Below, piece after piece: positions 10,025 through 21,317 of a DNA stretch of 64,000 nucleotides; position 1 is the first letter of the stretch; each line of letters starts with the position of its first letter. Source of the stretch: Laetmonice hystrix. Lineage: Eukaryota. The stretch lies in assembly GCA_965235115.1 (NCBI GenBank), contig OZ249442.1:27466001-27530000 (forward strand), given 5' to 3'. The notes beneath the pieces were generated by a model that saw only the letters and a program-made list of their open reading frames with translations, did not search any database and had not been told where the DNA came from. A program made the position numbers and the translations under genes.

Positions 10025-11615
10025 ATGAATACAGTGGTCCCCCTCATAAGCGACCACCCCTGCTGTAGAGAGAAAGTGGTCGCTAGTGGCGGGTGGTCGC
10101 CTAAACGAGGGGTTGTTAAGTACGCATAGTTACCACCAGGTGGCTGCATATGAGATAACTACACACAGTTAACACTAGGTGGCGACTTCCCAGTGAGATT
10201 TGATGATGCCATTTCTGTGATGTGTCCAGCAATAGAGATTGAATCTGAATGGTGACTGATCCTGGTCAGACGGCATATGTAGAAAATCGTACTCTGCACC
10301 TGTGTATACATGAGTCTGGTTTGCCTCAGACATTTTGTTGCTTCAACCAGCCAGTTGGTGACATACCGTTTTTTCAACAGGCATGGTAGTAGGAGGGGGA
10401 GCAAAACCGTTAGCTTAAAGTGTGATGGAAGGTTGGGCCGTGTGATGGAAGTCGGGCGGGTAAGGTGAGACACGTGGCCGGCCATTGTGGGATGGAAGTG
10501 GGTGGGGGGGGGGCGGTGTTGGTGTTAGGTCAGCAGGGTGCCAGGCAGGCGGGCATGGGGAGACAAGTGTTATGACTAGCCAGGGCTGGCTGATTCTCAA
10601 AGGCTGGTCGCTGATAACGGGTGACCGGTGGAGTTGATGCAGGGATATGCCGGTCGCTGGTCGTTAGTGCCGGGTGGTCGCTTATAGGGGTGGAATTATA
10701 GTGTGAAGTGGTTAATGCAGTGGAAATGTGGTCGCTAGAGGCGGGTGGTCGCTTATAAGGGGTGGTCTTTAAGAGGGGGACCACTGTACCCTTAGAGTTT
10801 TCACACTCGTCATTATCGTTGCCTTCTTTGGTGAGTCGGTGAACATTTTAATATGTGATTATCGTATCTTAGTATCACTCTCTCAAATATTACGGGGAAA
10901 GTTCTTAAGTTTGTATGCGTATCTGCTCAATTTCGCCCGTTTTCACACCTGAACAGCTTATTACTTTTACATTACGTTTTAGATTTTTCCAGATATTCAA
11001 TGCCAGATGGCCTCTTCAAAAATATGGTTTAATTGTTTAAAAATACCCCATTTCTGATGTCCTGAATATCCTTTAATAGGTGAAGGTGAAAATGCCACCA
11101 CATCCGGCCCAACAACGGCAGTGGTTTCCAGCACAGATCCATTGACAATGGTCACAGATTCGTCCTCTGTGACAAACGACACAGTAACGGCGATTACTGG
11201 AACGGTTGAGGCCACCACCACGGCGGAAGGAAACGCAACAGACGCCACAACAGAGGTCAGTATGATTTCTTACACATTATGATAAAATACAGGGGTAAAT
11301 ATTCCCATGGAAACTTCCATGGATATACCCGTATCTCTTTCTGTCTCTAGGTGGCAAGGTTAACTTTAGAAGCTTAAGTGCAATTTATGTCAGTCCATTT
11401 TACACGCAATCATACGAAAGATAATTCATTTGTAAATATTTATCCAGTAAAACACATATTTTCGGTCACGACTGCTTGTTTAAAGATAATTTTCCATTCC
11501 TTTTCATTACTGACAGACACCGGATTCGTCTCAGAACAGCGCCCACGTCCTTTCCAGCTCTGTGGTCATGGCCATATCGGCCATTGCCACATACAGCGCC
11601 CTCTTACGAATTTAA
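10025..11615 (+). pseudogene. Gene B copy 2, interrupted after codon 2 by a MITE
   Basis: ATG AAT A is followed by the 755-bp element and the signal peptide resumes at 10787. Exons 2 and 3 are otherwise open. Confidence 0.85.
10032..10786. mobile_element. Non-autonomous Tc1/mariner-pogo-type DNA transposon (MITE), 755 bp, TA target-site duplication
   Basis: Ends CAGTGGTCCCCCTCATAAGCGACCACCCC...GGGGTGGTCTTTAAGAGGGGGACCACTG (first 14 bp a perfect inverted repeat, ~28 bp imperfect). TA at 10030-10031 and 10787-10788. Empty site GAA-TA-CCCTT in other units. Subterminal GTGGTCGC repeats. No intact transposase ORF. Confidence 0.93.
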
Positions 11616-12115
11616 CCGTGACGTCACGACCATTCCTCATGTGATCACGCTGAACCAATCGTCAGCAAGCTAGAGACTCAAGTTACGCTTTCTCCAGTAT
11701 ACATATTTTACGCAATATCTCCACGTGGACAAGTGAACAAATTGACAAAAGTTTATTGCTTAAATTGTTTAAATATTCTTATAGAAAAAAAAACCAATGT
11801 ATGTGTAGGTGCTAAAAGGGCAACTGAATACTACATTGACGTCCGGAGCATAACACTGGAGAAAAGCACTATTGTATGTAAAACTCGGTATTGTAAATAA
11901 AATGAAAGGTTTTTAAAAGCGAATTCATGTTTCTATTGCATAATTTCTTGTTGAACACGCACAAATAAACTTTATGTACAGCTGCCCACATTCTATCTGT
12001 CTACTAGCTGCCACTTTGGGATATTACCAAAAGTTTTTTTGAGTATCTCTCCAAAAAAAAGTCCCATAGAAAATAGATGATCTTGACATACTTTCAAAAG
12101 CCCGTCTATAAAAAT

Positions 12116-12188
12116 TGACCACGATGGGACTCGAACCCACAATCTTCTGATTCGAAGTCAGACGCCTTATCCATTAGGCCACGCGGCC
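12116..12188 (-). tRNA. tRNA-Arg(UCG)
   Basis: Same sequence as 4210-4282, with T5 terminator. Confidence 0.96.
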
Positions 12189-12538
12189 ACCAATATACAG
12201 CCTTTTCCAAATTTCGTAACACTGAGAGAAAACTCGATTAATACACGTTTAGAGTGCACGGTGAGTGTACATGTCAGTGTGAATTTCCTGTTGACACAAC
12301 CCCATGGGTGATAAGTGTAATTATTCACGATCCATACCATATGGTCCCTCTTTCTGCAAAATCAAAATTTGAAGTGACAGCTAGTAGAAGTCGTGTCAAA
12401 GCGTTCTCTGTGTCTGTATTTGAGGCCTTTGTCGGTATTACTCAAAGAGAGAGCGTCAGAGGCGTCACCGTGGCGGATTGGGCCAGGTCAAAGGAGGAGA
12501 GAGCGGGTGGGGTGAGGCTGTCGTGGGCGGGGTGAGGC

Positions 12539-12542
<4 letters not shown>

Positions 12543-12590
<48 letters not shown>
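12543..12590. repeat. (AG)24 microsatellite
   Basis: Read directly from the sequence; flanked by GGGCGG boxes. Confidence 0.97.
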
Positions 12591-12596
<6 letters not shown>

Positions 12597-13771
12597 AGTG
12601 GGCGGGGTGAGACTGTTGTGGTCGGGCCCCAGCTCAAAGAGAGGGCGGGTGACAGGTAACCGTGGCCGGCTCAAATGGTCAACAGACAGGGTCATTCGGC
12701 CCACCTCGGGACTGTCCGGGCGGCACAAGTCAGTAGGCTGCCGAATAGTCCGGTGAAAGGACTTCCGTTTTCGTAACGCTATGGTGTGGGAGTGATACGG
12801 TCGTGGGGATTCTATATTTATATTCTTACCCGTGACGTCACGGCAGTTCACTGACTTGAGCCGTCCAGACCACAACTAGCGAAGCGACCGGAAGTTGGGC
12901 CGAGGTTTTCCGAATGCAGACAAGGTGTGACCGTGGTTGGTGGTGACCGGCTCGAAAGGGAAACGGGAAAGGTGTGACCTAGTTAGACTAGTCAACCCCT
13001 AGTCATTTCTCTGCCGACTAGGGTTCGACGGTTTTAACATTTTAAACAAAGATGACCGAGTAGTGGAAAGTGGGCACGACTCTTTCAGACTAACTTTCCA
13101 AAAACTGTTTGTAATAGCGGGGCACTATTCGGACTTAGTTATTTGTTTAAAAGGTGAAACTGTCTAAAATAAAGTCTACCCTGACAAAGATGAAAAACAA
13201 AAAGAAGAAAACCGTCCGTCCACGTGTTTAACTACTCTAAGTTTTACAGTGGTTGGTGGCGGTTGGTTCAAAGGGGGAGAGGGCGAGGTGTGACCGTTAC
13301 GGGAAGGCAGGCGGGTCACTCCTCGCCGGGACTGCCCTATTCACACCTATAGCTCCCGGCCTAGGGTGGCGGCTATGATCTCGACTCGTGAAATTCCTCT
13401 AAGGCCGCATTTTTTCACACATCCACTTACAAAGGACATGTCAAAGCCTTTGAAGGGGCAGCCTCCACCGAGTGGGATGCTATATAAGTCAGTTCCCTGG
13501 ACACAGAAATCAGAACCTTGTCGACCGTCACAGACGTCGGACATCATATCACGGATTGCATTGGACTGCTGTAAACACGGGACATACGACCAGTTTGGAA
13601 GCTTCACTAGGTATGATTCAGCTTATAATCAGCACTGCAGGGAGCGGCAAGATCTGTTTAGGTTACTACAACAATATAAAGTTATCCTTGAGCATACAGT
13701 TTTTAATTGCTCTTATATTTTTTGACAATGCCATTTCTGTTTCAGACTCGAATTCAGGGGCTACCTTCACC

Positions 13772-16700
13772 ATGAGGCTACAGGCCATTCTCCTCCTGCT
13801 GATTACCGCCTGGCTACCGTCGACCTCAACCCTGGAGGGAGGTCTCTCCATCGAGCTGACCTCTTCACTCCAGGCGGACAGTCCGGCCCACCAATCGACT
13901 GGAGAGGGAACAGTCGGTCTAGAGATGATCGCCTCCTGTCGGGCCTCCTGTGGCGTCACGGTCAGCATTCTCCGTTCATTGTACCAATAATTTTATGATG
14001 AAAATTATGAAAACAATTTACAACAACTGTGTTTTAGATTAGAGCATTCCGTTAACAACAACCCGGATTTGACCTAATGTCTATAAATCTGGGGTTTCTT
14101 CTAGTTTCTTCAGTGGCCGCTAGGTGACCGGCAGTGCCTGGAGGAACCTCAATGTGTAACGGTCAGTATAAATTATATGCGTCACGATTTTGGCCACGAT
14201 TCAGATACAGGCCGTAACAGCTATATTTTAGGGCTTTACGCTTTTTTATCCGTTCTCCAAACCATTTATTCACTTTCTCTATCCCTTTCAGTGTTGGCGA
14301 TTATGCGACCTTCTGTACACGGCAGAGCTCAAATGGAGAATGTCTTGTGACCAGGACGATTGTGTAAGTCAAATTATATTTTATAACGTATAAAACGACA
14401 GCGTGTAAATTGACCTGGAATAGGTATTCTGACTTGTACTTAAGATATGATTCATATTCAACATATTTTCATTCAGCTCGACGGATGTCAGACTGCCTGC
14501 AGTTTTGATTTCTCGCAGAGTCCCGGTAAGCACACCTCTGTCTTTCAGTGTAGGTCCTTAGGTATGCCATTTCGTTTATAGCTTTTCTGTTATGTAATTT
14601 CCAGATTAATAGTTATTTGATTATTTCCCTGGTTGTAGTCTCTCCCAGTGTTGGCGACTGGCAGTTCCTTGTCGACCCCATACTGACCATTGTGGACGCC
14701 AACAAGTTACACGTCACGTGGTCTCCACCCGAATACCGCCCCCACCAGTCCCGATTCCGATCACCAGGTGGCAGGCCTATCGTTTACACTCTGCTGTTCA
14801 AGGATATCACGAACCCCCACTGGCGAAGGGTCACTTCGGTTAGTATGCAATGGCGTTTGTTAATCCAGATCGAAACTGTATCGGCGAAATTTTATATATA
14901 GGTTATTCTTGATTATCTTTCTAGAATCTAGGATGACCTTTTTTTATTTGCTGATTTCTACTTTTAGACCATGAACTTGAGAGCGATCGTGGAAGGACCA
15001 CACGCAAGCCTTCCAGGCCTTCGGTTCCAGCTGCTCGCATCCTCAGAAGAAGGAACAGTTGCATATGTCTTCATTGGCTACAATCCTACCACCACACTAC
15101 TACCACTGGACCACACTACCTATACCTCTGCTACATTTAAGACATCTACAGAAACCCCGACCTCAACAGTGAGTTGTGAAGCATTCGATCACAATTTGGG
15201 TGTAAAATTGATGGCCTTATGTCATAGCTCATGAGCCAAGCAGACTATATTGTTGGGGTGCTTTACAATAGATATTTCTCCATCCTACAGGGCCACACTG
15301 CAGCGATGACGTCACCAAAGGTATCAGTTGCCGTCACCGAGGATGGAAGCATTGAAGCCACCATAACGTGGGACCAGATTCTCACAGACACTGATCGAAT
15401 TATTTACAATGTCACTTGGGGGCGCCACTCGTGTAATGTCGATCCGAGCCTAACTGCGTGCCCTCTACGGGAAGGTAGACTCTCCGCCAACATCAAGGCT
15501 AAAGATCGCCAGGTAGCTCTTCCAGTTGCTGCTTCCTATATTACATACCTTCAAATCTAATTTTCCGTTCCGATTTCCATTCCGTTAGCCAGAAGGAGTT
15601 CTAAATGGTGCAATGTGTGATGTATGTCGTGTCCTATAGAATATGTAGGCTTACCGCTACCACATTTGTATATTTCAGGAGATGCGCATCGTCCTGACTC
15701 AGCTCACCTTCAATTCCAAGTACTGGCTTCAGGTGAACTTAAGAGGGCAGGTCTACAGTTCGGTCTTCTTCACTCCAGCCTGCCGCCAGGTGGACGCAAC
15801 CTTCATGAGATGTGCCAGACCGGTGGAAACTCTGCCAGCCAGGGTGAAGACCACTACCTTATGGGCAACGCCTTCTAGTGGGACTTTAACATCTCTAATC
15901 ACGACACCCATGTCAACGACCGATTCCGATCGTAGACCGAGTCTGTCTACAGAAAGGAAAGAACTTCCCAAGGACATCAGGCCAAAACTTCACCAAGGAG
16001 GTACGTCAAGGGCATGTACATAACTTCAACTGAAAATTGTCATTGCTTGGATAGGGCACTTGTAGTAAAGTCGGCCACAATGTCACAGTGTGTTAATTTC
16101 ATTATGTTACAGGAGATAAATCCTGGTTGTCTGCTAACTGGCTGGTCCTACTGGTAGCGACGGCTGCCAGTCTGACGACCATGGTTATCTTCACAGCCGG
16201 CCTCTATCTCTGCGGACGTTTAACTCGACCCAAGGGTAAGTGACCGTTCAGTTTATATTCTCAACAGATTATATTATGTGCGAGAAGGAGTGAAACATGA
16301 GAAATATTTCTTAAATGAACCATTTCCCTCTTATTAAAGTATTTGTCGTCTTTCCTCCACAGGATACTCGAGTGCTGGTCAGGCTAACATGACTTTCGCC
16401 AGCCTTCCGCCGTCATACAGTTCCCAAGCCAACCTTCATCAACTCCAGCACCTCCAGTTGTCTCAACGACTCCTGGCCTACACCCCTGTACCACCCGCCT
16501 ACGTCAGCTGCCCTGGCCAAGCCTCCAGGCCCATGGTCATCGCCCCGCCCTACCACGGTCTGCCGTCATTGACTTGTCACCTTCAGGACATGGAGGATGA
16601 CGTACAGCCCCAGCTTTCCTCCTGCCCAGTCTCCCCCAAGGTACCAGTGCCTCATCAGCCCATCCCACAGATCTCCATAGACCTGTGCTCCGACGAATCT

Positions 16701-16916
16701 GACGATGAGTTTCATCTGACACGAACCAGCACCCCGACAGCCACCGTCCTGCGGGTGACAGACAACCCCCTCTACCGACTTGAGCACAGTGCCCTCACAG
16801 TGCCACACCCGAGTCCAGTCCTCACGAGGAGCAGGTCGACTCAGGGCCTAGACCAGTGCTTCATCCGTGACGACAGTGTGTTCAGTCATGAGCGTTCCCA
16901 CCACAGCGACCTCTAG
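13772..16916 (+). CDS. Gene A copy 2, intact ~662-aa type I membrane protein (signal peptide, anosmin-like Cys box, two FN3-like domains, TM, PPxY/NPxY tail)
   Basis: Exons 13772-13960, 14105-14161, 14292-14363, 14477-14525, 14639-14838, 14968-15168, 15291-15512, 15679-16000, 16113-16235 and 16363-16916 join in frame at GT/AG with compatible phases. A second phase-1 donor 36 nt downstream of 14525 is possible. The family call rests on Cys spacing and the FN3 W/Y pattern only. Confidence 0.83.
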
Positions 16917-18250
16917 CGTGTACCACAACGGTCTGCCGCTACAGATTGGGGCGCTAGTGGGGGTAGGGGTGCGCTGCCACATGAGCGAAAACGTGCAATA
17001 TGGTGCATGCCTGGTATTTTATGATGTCAAATGTCAAAAATAAAATATTCAATTCGATTGTGTGTTCAGCCATTCTATGCTTAATTGATAGAACTTCAAA
17101 AGGTCTCTACCTTCTATGCGCCTTTTTATATTTCTTCTCTGCTCCCATGTCCTCAATAGTCGAATATCTAGGATTCATATCTCAAAATGTCAGGCCTGTA
17201 ATAAAAATTGACCCCGTTAAAACTCTATCCCACAATCTTCTCATCTGAAGCCAGACGCCGTATTCATGAGGCCACGTATAGTCTCAATCACTTCTATCGA
17301 CGCCTATACGTTAGGCCTATTAAAATAATAGGCCTGTTATCCCCAACCCGTTTCGTACTGTCGCCCACAGATCCCGTAGCATTTGAACGTCATTGGAGTT
17401 AGGAAGCTGATGTCTTGTCGTACACGTCACTGTTGTCCATATTTGTAATGATTTATTCGCTGTTTCTTTTCTTTCAAGACATCACGTGTTTGAAATAGAA
17501 TCATTAACAGTGCCGCGGCCGTCATTGTTGGCTTTACATTGCGATACACAAAACTGTTTACCTCTACAAAGAGTCTTATATTTTGAAACTGTCTCTCATT
17601 ATTCATTCAAGGTGGTAGCGTTCCCTCAACAACTATGGAGTTATACATGATGGAGAACGTGTTAAATTAAAAGTGTAGAATAGGATTGTACTTCCTAAAT
17701 AGGACCAGACCAAAAGCAGTGCTTTGAATATAAGGCACCGCATGAGACCAAAGTTTTCACACCTTTCCACAAACGTTAACTACCTGCTGTTGTCTGTTCT
17801 TATGGCAACACCTGGGATACATAATGTACATAAGGTCATAGGTCCACAGTAGCTCTTCAGCACTTGAATTGCACCTCAGACTGCCGAACAAGCTTCATAA
17901 TCCAATATAGTTGGAAGAGGAACTCCGATTACATTCACAGAAAAGGTAAGACCCATTCTCACGTTTATGCCTATGTAGAGAAGAGAAATATATATATTCG
18001 TCAGGGGGAGAATAACTAACAGCTCTATCCTAAGAGCCTGTGCTCTGATAAAAAGGTTAAAGGAATTGAAAATTTAAGATGATGACATGTAAGCTTGGCC
18101 GAGAATCATATTTAGGGGCCGTATCAAATCTTAAGTATGTTTGGTCATATATACAGCATTAGGAGAAAAGGGAAACGTTATTCGATATGTAACATTGCAT
18201 TTATTTCCATTTCCAGAACGTTATCCCACTGGACAAGGTTATTAGACAAC

Positions 18251-19087
18251 ATGAATACCCTTAGAGTTTTTACACTCGTCATTATCGTCGCTTTCTTTGG
18301 TGAGTCGGTGAACTTTTTAATATATGTGATTATCGTATCTCAGTATCACTCTTTCAAATATTTCGGGGAAAGTTCTTAAGTTTGTATGCGTATCTGCTCA
18401 ATTTCGCCTGTTTTGACACCTGAACAGCTTATTACTTTTACATTACGTTTTAGATTTTTCCAGATATTCAATGCCCGATGTCCTCTTCAAAAATATGGTT
18501 TAATTGTTTAAAAATACCCCATTTCTGATGTCCTGAATATCCTTTAATAGGTCAAGGTGAAAATGCCACCACATCCGGCCCAACAACGGCAGTGGTTTCC
18601 AGCACAGATCCATTGACAATGGTCACAGATTCGTCCTCTGTGACAAACGACACAGTAACGGCGATTACTGGAACGGTTGAGGCCACCACCACGGCGGAAG
18701 GAAACGCAACAGACGCCACAACAGAGGTCAGTATCATTTCTTACACATTATGATAAAATAGAGGGGAAAATATTCCCATGGAAACTTCCATGGATATACT
18801 CGTATTTCTTCCTGCCTTTAGGTGGCAAAGGTTAACTTTAGAAGTTTAAGTGCAATTTATGTCAGTCCATTTTACATGCAATCATACGAAAGATAATTCA
18901 TTTGTAAAGATTTATCCAGAAAAACACATATTTTCGGTCACGACTGCTTGTTTAAAGATTATTTTCCATTCCTTTGCATTACTGACAGACACCGCGTTCG
19001 TCTCAGAACAGCGCCCACGTTCTTTCCAGCTCTGTGGTCATGGCCATATCGGCCATTGCCACATACAGCGCCCTCTTACGAATTTAA
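18251..19087 (+). CDS. Gene B copy 3 (107-aa putative GPI-anchored micro-mucin), intact
   Basis: Same three-exon structure as copy 1, splice sites intact, few substitutions. Confidence 0.83.
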
Positions 19088-19586
19088 CCGTAACGTCACG
19101 ACCATTCCTCATGTGATCGCGCTGAACCAATCGTCAGCAAGCTAGAGACTCAAGTTACGCTTTCTCCAGTATACATATTTTACGCAATATCTCCACGTGG
19201 ACAAGTGAACAAATTGACAAAAGTTTGGTGCTTAAATTGTTTAAATATTCTTATAGAAAAAAAACCAATGTATGTGTAGGTGCTAAAAGGGCAACTGAAT
19301 ACTACATTGACGTCCGGAGCATAACACTGGAGAAAAGCACTATTGTATGTAAAACTCGGTATTGTAAATAAAATGAAAGGTTTTTAAAAGCGAATTCATG
19401 TTTCTATTGCATAATTTCTTGTTGAACACGCACAAATAAACTTTATGTACAGCTGCCCACATTCTATCTGTCTACTAGCTGCCACTTTGGGATATTACCA
19501 AAAGTTTTTTTGAGTATCTCTCCAAAAAAAAGTCCCATAGAAAATAGATGATCTTGACATACTTTCAAAAGCCCGTCTATAAAAAT

Positions 19587-19659
19587 TGACCACGATGGGA
19601 CTCGAACCCACAATCTTCTGATTCGAAGTCAGACGCCTTATCCATTAGGCCACGCGGCC
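19587..19659 (-). tRNA. tRNA-Arg(UCG)
   Basis: Same cloverleaf sequence with terminator. Confidence 0.96.
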
Positions 19660-20013
19660 ACCAATATACAGCCTTTTCCAAATTTCGTAACACTGAGAGA
19701 AAACTCGAATAATACACGTTTAGAGTGCACGGTGAGTGTACATGTCAGTGTGAATTTCCTGTTGACACAACCCCATGGGTGATAAGTGTAATTATTCACG
19801 ATCCATACCATATGGTCCCTCTTTCTGCAAAATCAAAATTTGAAGTGACAGCTAGTAGAAGTCGGGTCAAAGCGTTCTCTGTGTCTGTATTTGAGGCCTT
19901 TGTCGGTATTACTCAAAGAGAGAGCGTCAGAGGCGTCACCGTGGCGGATTGGGCCAGGTCAAAGGAGGAGAGAGCGGGTGGGGTCAGGCTGTCGTGGGCG
20001 GGGTGAGGCTCCA

Positions 20014-20016
<3 letters not shown>

Positions 20017-20062
<46 letters not shown>

Positions 20063-20102
20063 GGGAGTGGGCGGGGTGAGACTGTTGTGGGCGGGGTGAG
20101 GC

Positions 20103-20136
<34 letters not shown>
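20017..20136. repeat. Duplicated GA-microsatellite/GC-box module (about (GA)21 and (AG)15)
   Basis: GGGGTGAGGCTCCAA-(GA)n-GGGAGTGGGCGGGGTGAGACTGTTGTGGGC occurs twice in this unit only. Confidence 0.93.
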
Positions 20137-20142
<6 letters not shown>

Positions 20143-21317
20143 AGTGGGCGGGGTGAGACTGTTGTGGGCGGGCCCCAGCTCAAAGAGAGGGCGGGTGACA
20201 GGTAACCGTGGCCGGCTCAAATGGTCAACAGACAGGGTCAGTCGGCCCACCTCGGGACTGTCCGGGCGGCACAAGTCAGTAGGCTGCCGAATAGTCCGGT
20301 GAAAGGACTTCCGTTTTCGTAACGCTATGGTGTGGGAGTAATACGGTCGTGGGGGATTCTATATTTATATTCTTACCCGTGACGTCACGGCAGTTCACTG
20401 ACTTGAGCCGTCCGGACCACAACTAGCGAAGCGACCGGAAGTTGGGCCGAGGTTTTCCGAATGCAGACAAGGTGTGACCGTGGTTGGTGGTGACCGGCTC
20501 GAAAGGGAAACGGGAAAGGTGTGACCTAGTTAGACTAGTCAACCCCTAGTCAGTTCTCTGCCGACTAGGGTTCGACGGTTTTAACATTTTAAATAAAGAT
20601 GACCGAATAGTGGAAAGTGTGCACGACTCTTTCAGGCTAACTTTCCAAAAACTGTTTGTTATAGCGGGCTACTATTCGGACATAGTTAATTGTTTAAAAG
20701 GTGAAACTGCTTCAAAAAAACTCTACCCTGACGAAGCTGAAAAACAAAAAGAAGAACCCGCCCGTCCACGGGTTTAACTACTCTAAGTTTTACAGTGGTT
20801 GGTGGCGGTTGGCTCAAAGGGGCAGAGGGCGAGGTGTGACCGTTACGGGAAGGTAGGCGGGTCACTCCTCGCCGGGACTGCCCTATTCACACCTATAGCT
20901 CCCGGCCTAGGGTGGCGGCTATGATCTCGACTCGTGAAATTCCTCTAAGGCCGCATTTTTTCACACATCCACTTACAAAGAACATGTCAAAGCCTTTGAA
21001 GGGGCAGCCTCCACCGAGTGGGATGCTATATAAGTCAGTTCCCTGGACACAGAAATCAGAACCTTGTCGACCGTCACAGACGTCGGACATCATATCACGG
21101 ATTGCATTGGACTGCTGTAAACACGGGACATACGACCAGTTTGGAAGCTTCACTAGGTATGATTCAGCTGATAATCAGCACTGCAGGGAGCGTCAAGATC
21201 TGTTTAGGTTACGACAACAATATAAAGTTATCATTGACCATACAGTTTTTGATTGCTCTTATATTTTTTGACAATGCCATTTCTGTTTCAGACTCGAATT
21301 CAGGGGCTACCTTCACC

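Noticed and set aside
10997-11248. Minus-strand ORF MASVAFPSAVVVAST... as a hydrophobic protein gene
   Set aside because: It is the antisense shadow of gene B exon 2, whose splice signals are on the plus strand.
12465-12875. ORFs with ERERER or SLSLSL runs
   Set aside because: Translation of the (GA)n microsatellite.
13772-16916. Assigning the gene symbol ANOS1/KAL1 to gene A
   Set aside because: No WAP domain, only two FN3-like domains, and a TM plus tail; orthology cannot be claimed without a search.
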